Part shown: positions 61,471 to 64,000 of the stretch, in pieces
Position numbering within the stretch: position 1 is the first letter of the stretch
Layout of the letters: each line of letters starts with the position of its first letter
Assembly: GCF_036321535.1 (NCBI RefSeq)
Contig: NC_087438.1
Span: 95,294,001-95,358,000 of the forward strand
Source of the DNA: Camelus dromedarius
Lineage: Eukaryota
Direction: 5' to 3'
Length of the DNA: 64,000 nt
Program-made: the position numbers and the translations under genes
Notes under the pieces: generated by a model
The model's input: only the letters and a program-made list of their open reading frames with translations
Databases searched by the model: none
Told to the model about the DNA's origin: nothing

Positions 61471-62404
61471 CCCTGATAAACAGGGAAACATGGGGCTCTT
61501 GCAGGTGTGTTTTCATTTCTGCATTTTATTTCATCTGGTCTTCAGGGAACCTGTAGTCATTTTTATGATAAAACCTTAGTTGTAAGAGGACTTTGTGATC
61601 TCTTAGCAAAGGTCTTATGTAAATGAATTACTAGGCTGTGGTCTACCTGCCCAGTGGGCACCCTGATGGCTTCGTTTTGTTACAAGGAAAGTCAGAAAGA
61701 TGAGATTCTCTGAAGCAGAGGAGAGCTCTTCACTCTGGAGAAGCTGTGTTGGTAATTTTTGACACTGTCTGCTACAAGCTGCATTTTTGGATCTGTGGAC
61801 TTAGATGCATAAACTGCTTCTGAAAATTTAGTTCATTCCCTGCTCCCCATATCCCCTGTCTCTGGCCCCGTGCAGAGACAGAGTTTATTTATTTATTTTT
61901 TTATTGAAGTATAGTCAGTTATAATGTGTCAATTTCTGGTACACAGCACAAAGTCCCAATCATGCATATACATACATATATTCACTTTCATATTCTTTTT
62001 CATTGACGTTATTACAGGATATTAAGTATAGTTCCCTGTGCTATACAGAAGAAACCTTTTTTTAAAATCTATTTTTAAATATAGTGGCTAACATCTGCAA
62101 ATCTCAAACTCCAAAATTTATCCCTTCCCACCCCATTTACCCCGATAACCATAAGATTGTTTGCTATTTCCAAGTCTGTGTCTGTTTTGTAGATGAGTTC
62201 TTTAGTGTCCTCTTTTTTCTTTTTTTTAGATTCAACATATGAGTGATCCCGTATGGTATTTTTCTTTCTCTTTCTGGCTTACTTCACTTAGAATGATAAT
62301 GTCTAGGTCCATCCATGTTGCTATAGGTGGCATTATTTTATTCTTTTTTGCTGAGTAGTATTCTGTTCTGTAAATATACCACAGCCTCTTTATCTAGTCA
62401 TCTG

Positions 62405-62653
62405 TCAATGGACTTTAGGTTGTTTCCATGTCTTGGCTATTGTGTATAGTGCTGCTGTGAACATTGGGATGCATCTGTTTGAGTTAAGGTTCCCTGTGGA
62501 TATATGCTCAGGAGTGGGATTGATGGACCATATGGTAAGTCTATTTTTAGGTTTTTGAGGAATCTCCATACAGTTTTCCATAATGGCTGCACCAAACTGC
62601 ATTCCCACCAGCAGTGTAGGAGGGTTCCCTTTTTTCCACGCCCTCTCCAGCAT
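62405..62653 (-). pseudogene. L1 ORF2 C-terminal remnant (frameshifted)
   Basis: '[12 protein letters not shown]...[10 protein letters not shown]' and 'CIPMFTAALYTIAKTWKQPK' match the L1 ORF2p C-terminal region. Confidence 0.92.
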
Positions 62654-62660
62654 TTATCAT

Positions 62661-62803
62661 NNNNNNNNNNNNNNNNNNNNNNNNNNNNNNNNNNNNNNNN
62701 NNNNNNNNNNNNNNNNNNNNNNNNNNNNNNNNNNNNNNNNNNNNNNNNNNNNNNNNNNNNNNNNNNNNNNNNNNNNNNNNNNNNNNNNNNNNNNNNNNNN
62801 NNN
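62661..62803. other. N block (143 nt) inside L1
   Basis: Run of N. Confidence 0.99.
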
Positions 62804-63008
62804 TGCTTGTTTAGTTCTTATGCCCATTTTTGGATTGGGTTGTTTGTTTTCTTGTTGTTGTTGTTGTTGTTATTAAGTTATTGAGCTGTTTATATATTCT
62901 GGAAATTAAGCCTTTGTCACATCAGTTGCAAATATTTTCTCCCATTCCATAGGTTGTCATTTTGTTTTGCTTATGGTTTCCTTTACTATGCAAAAGTTTA
63001 ATTAGGTC

Positions 63009-63203
63009 TCATTTGTTTATTTTTGCTCTTATTTCTATTGCTTGGGTAGACAGCCCTAGGAGAACATTGCTAAGATTTATGTCAGAGACTGTTTTGCCTA
63101 TGTTCTCTTCTAGAAGTTTTATAGTATCTTGTCTTATGTTTAAGACTTTAAGCCATTTTGAGCTTATTTTTGTGTATGGTGTGAGGGAGTGTTCTAGCTT
63201 CAT
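63009..63203 (-). pseudogene. L1 ORF2 remnant
   Basis: '[38 protein letters not shown]' is typical L1 ORF2p sequence. Confidence 0.95.
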
Positions 63204-63274
63204 TGATTTACATGTTGCTGTCCAGTTTTCCCAACACCACTTGTTGAAGAGACTGTCCTTTCTCTATTGTATAT

Positions 63275-63425
63275 NNNNNNNNNNNNNNNNNNNNNNNNNN
63301 NNNNNNNNNNNNNNNNNNNNNNNNNNNNNNNNNNNNNNNNNNNNNNNNNNNNNNNNNNNNNNNNNNNNNNNNNNNNNNNNNNNNNNNNNNNNNNNNNNNN
63401 NNNNNNNNNNNNNNNNNNNNNNNNN
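63275..63425. other. N block (151 nt) inside L1
   Basis: Run of N. Confidence 0.99.
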
Positions 63426-63839
63426 GAGGGTTATTCCTCCAGCTTTGTTATTTTTCTTCAGTATTGATGAAACTGAGCTTATTTTGAAGCCAGAGACCCA
63501 TAGCTTTGGCCCATCTTGATTCAATGGTGGTGCCCACAGGTGACCAACATTAGACACATAGAGGCACCAGCCAGAGCTGGCAAAGAGGGATGGGGCCAGT
63601 CTCTGGTTTGGGGCAAATTCTAGTTTCTAGAGCAGGGAAAGACCAGCCCAGACAAGCCCATATGTCTCTCCTTGGCAGAGAGAAAATTAAATTCAGCCTA
63701 ATCCACTATATTCCATTCAGCCTATATAGCATTTTGGTCATTTATAGATTAGAAGTCTTGCCCAGGTATAGAGTCAAATTTACATTTTGTCATTATTTAG
63801 GAACCATTCCCAATCCAGAGCTTTCCGTCCAGGTTTTTT

Positions 63840-63873
63840 ACACACACACACGCACACACACATACACACACAC
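63840..63873. repeat. Interrupted (CA)n microsatellite
   Basis: Seen directly. Confidence 0.92.
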
Positions 63874-64000
63874 GATTTGAAGTATTTTGAGGCCTCACAC
63901 CATTAGACCAGAAAGGACGAGGAAGGATCTATGTACGGGGGCCTCTCTGGGTACTCCTTCCCCTCCCTCCTGGAACTGGAGGCATGGATGTTTCCACCAG

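Larger units (their letters stand above)
61884..63466 (-). mobile_element. Younger 5'-truncated LINE-1 (3' UTR plus ORF2 C-terminal part, ~1.6 kb)
   Basis: (TTTA)n tail; 'ttattgaagtatagtcagtt...gatattaagtatagttccctgtgctatacag'; ORF2 peptides recognisable; two internal N blocks. Confidence 0.95.

Noticed and set aside
61350-61510. Long polypyrimidine tract ending in CAG, a strong-looking acceptor
   Set aside because: Only a weak downstream donor (CAG|gtgtgt); better explained as low-complexity sequence.
62962-63519. Longest ORF in the track (185 aa)
   Set aside because: Antisense to L1 ORF2 and inflated by N codons.
1-64000. tRNA, rRNA, snRNA, Y RNA or 7SL copies, numts, CRISPR-like arrays, CpG-island promoters
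   Set aside because: None recognised on either strand by reading; an Infernal/Rfam scan would be needed to exclude diverged small RNAs.

Overview
Placental-mammal genomic DNA: CpG-depleted and moderately AT-rich, with no CpG island. It looks intronic or intergenic. I find no protein-coding gene, RNA gene or processed pseudogene that I can name. The ORF track is chance ORFs, except for decayed LINE-1 ORF2 fragments near 62.4-63.2 kb. Much of the window is fossil transposons: many MIR and L2 pieces, old L1M fragments (including a ~6.8 kb L1MC-type copy interrupted by an MLT2 LTR), MaLR LTRs, an ERV1-type solo LTR with a 4-bp TSD, hAT (MER5/Charlie) and Tigger (MER82-like) elements, and several younger 5'-truncated L1 3' ends with clean TSDs. 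The style of the young L1 ends and the absence of Alu, B1, Bov-tA, PRE-1, Can-SINE or ERE copies suggest a cetartiodactyl, possibly a camelid (inference). Repeat family names come from recalled consensus sequences, not a database run. The most striking unexplained structure is a perfect 39-bp inverted repeat with a 9-nt loop at 59365-59451, which looks like a recent templated inverted insertion. Four N blocks of 139-156 nt appear to be length-preserving. I see no convincing evidence of a new multi-gene system.
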